In this document: positions 62,224 to 64,000 of the stretch, piece after piece
Layout of the letters: every line of letters starts with the position of its first letter
Position numbering within the stretch: the stretch's first letter is position 1
NCBI GenBank assembly: GCA_038087875.1
Contig: CM075995.1
Location: 2,730,001 to 2,794,000, forward strand
DNA from: Malacoraja senta
Taxonomy: Eukaryota
Reading direction: 5' to 3'
Length of the DNA stretch: 64,000 bases
Translations under genes and position numbers: made by a program
The notes under the pieces: generated by a model
Databases searched by the model: none
What the model saw: the letters and a program-made list of their open reading frames with translations, nothing else
Told to the model about the DNA's origin: nothing

Positions 62224-62809
62224 GATCGGCGTGGAAGTCCCAATAACATCAGGATCGACCGCCTCACCTGGCCTGAGCGCCACAGTTTCGGGGGGACTTC
62301 CGGGAATAAAGTGTCCATTCATTCATATTGTCCAGATTAAAGGAGCTGTTCAGTTCAGTTCTGTTTAAATATTGTCAAGTGTACCGAGATACAGTGAAAA
62401 GCTTTTGTTGCCTGCTAACCAGTCAGCGGAAAGACAATACATGATTACACTCGAGCCATTTGCAGTGTACAGATACACGATGAGGGAATAACGTTTTGTG
62501 TACTACCAGTTGTTGGTAAATCGCTGGTGTGCCTGTAACACATTGCACAAAATAGTGCCCAGCTCTGAAGCTTGTGAAGGAAAGAACTGCATCTGGTTCA
62601 AACCGAAGATTTACACAAAAAGCTGGAGTAACTCAGTGGGACAGACGGCATCTCTGGAGACAAGGAATGGGTGACTCAGTCTAAAGAAGGGTCTCGACCC
62701 AAAACGTCACCCATTCCTTCTCGCCAGAGATGCTGCCTGTCCCGCTGAGTTACTCCAGCTTTTTGTGTCGATCTCCTGAAGCTTGTGACTTCATTACATT
62801 TTTCAACTG

Positions 62810-63460
62810 GTCAAAAAGGCCTTTTGGCACTTTGGCCTTCATCAGTCAGAGCATTGAGTATAGTTGGAAGGTCATGTTGCAGTTGTATAAGACGTTGGTG
62901 GGACCACATTTAGAATATTGTGTTCGGTTCCGGGCATCATGTTATAGGAAAGATATTGTCAAGCTTGAAAGAGTTCAGAAAAGATTTACGAGGATGTTGC
63001 CAGGAGGGTGTGAGCTACAGGGAGAGGTTGAGTAGGCTGGGTCTCTATTCCAAGGAGCGTAGGAGGATGAGAGGATGAGGGGATATCTTATAGAGGTGTA
63101 CAAAATCATGTGAGGAATAGATCGGGTAGATGCACATGGCCTTTTACCCAGAGTGGGGGAATCAAGGACCAGAGGATATAGGCTCAAGTTGAAGAGGAAA
63201 AGACTTATTGGGAATCCGAGGGGTAATTTTTCACACAGAGGGTGGTGGGTGTATGGAACAAGCTGCCAGAGGCGGTAGTTGAGGCTGGGACTATCCCATC
63301 GTTTAAGAAACAGTTGGACAGGTAAATGGATCGGACAAGTTTGGAGGGTTATGGACCAAGCGCAGGCAAGTGGGACTAGGGTAGCTGGGACATTGTTGGC
63401 CAGTATGGGCGAGTTGGGCCGAAGGGCCTATTTCAACACTGTATCACTCCATGGCTCTAT
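62810..63460 (+). mobile_element. CR1 LINE 3' fragment
   Basis: VMLQLYKTLVGPHLEYCV.F....RKDIVKLERVQKRFTRMLPG, then the CR1 tail. Confidence 0.88.
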
Positions 63461-64000
63461 AAATGTAATATGTTCAGATGTCGTTTAAAAGGTTGCAGTC
63501 GTTCCAAAGCTTGCTTGTGCCATTGTTGGCTGTCAATGAGAAATATGTTCCTCCACTGTTCGCTTTTGATGATAGTGGAGGCTGTCATGCAATATGAGTA
63601 GCAAATCATTGAAATTGTCAGAACACACCGTATCATTACTTAAAGATGAGGGAGGTGAGTAATGTGTTACTGAGTACTTTCTAAAATTAGATAATAGATC
63701 TTTTGTTTGTCGAACAAAGACAGGGTTTTTAGACAATATTATGTGTCATGTATCATCCCCCGAAAGTAAAACTCTTATGCTTTAAACATCAGCTTGTGTT
63801 TACATTGATGTTTGTTGCAGGTGTGTCAAAATGCAACTCCTACACTGAATTAGTTTTCAACGTGGAGCAGAGAAAACTACAGATACAGCGCGGTGGTGCA
63901 GCGTAGAGTTGCTGCCTTACAGTGCCAGAGACCCGGGTTCGATCCTGACTACGGGTGCTGTCTGCACAGACTTTGTACGTTAGTGAATAGTGAAAGGCTT

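Overview
This is repeat-dense vertebrate DNA, intronic or intergenic, with no recognisable host protein-coding exon and one 200-N assembly gap. The tRNA-derived V-SINE (HE1-like) and HER1/CR1-type LINE tails suggest an elasmobranch such as a skate or ray (inference). The main features are two full-length DIRS1-type tyrosine-recombinase retrotransposons facing away from each other (39459-43422 minus; 48766-53536 plus). Both retain inverted terminal repeats and an internal complementary region (ICR). The plus copy has nearly intact gag, RT-RNase H-adenine methyltransferase and recombinase ORFs and a 5'UTR intron. The minus copy has almost perfect termini but badly decayed ORFs, a large deletion and a 36-bp higher-order tandem array inside RT, which suggests a non-autonomous DIRS mobilised in trans. 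The window also holds about 20 Penelope-type terminal repeats with minimal hammerhead-ribozyme-like cores, PIF/Harbinger-like MITEs with mismatched 3-bp target-site duplications (TSDs), and hAT/P-like MITEs including a 24-bp remnant. Other repeats are a bipartite RTE derivative with a pseudoknotted 5' end, and fragments of L2, Rex1/Babar, Tx1, L1 and CR1, often nested. Family names come from motifs recognised by eye, not database searches. Coordinates of degenerate repeats are approximate.
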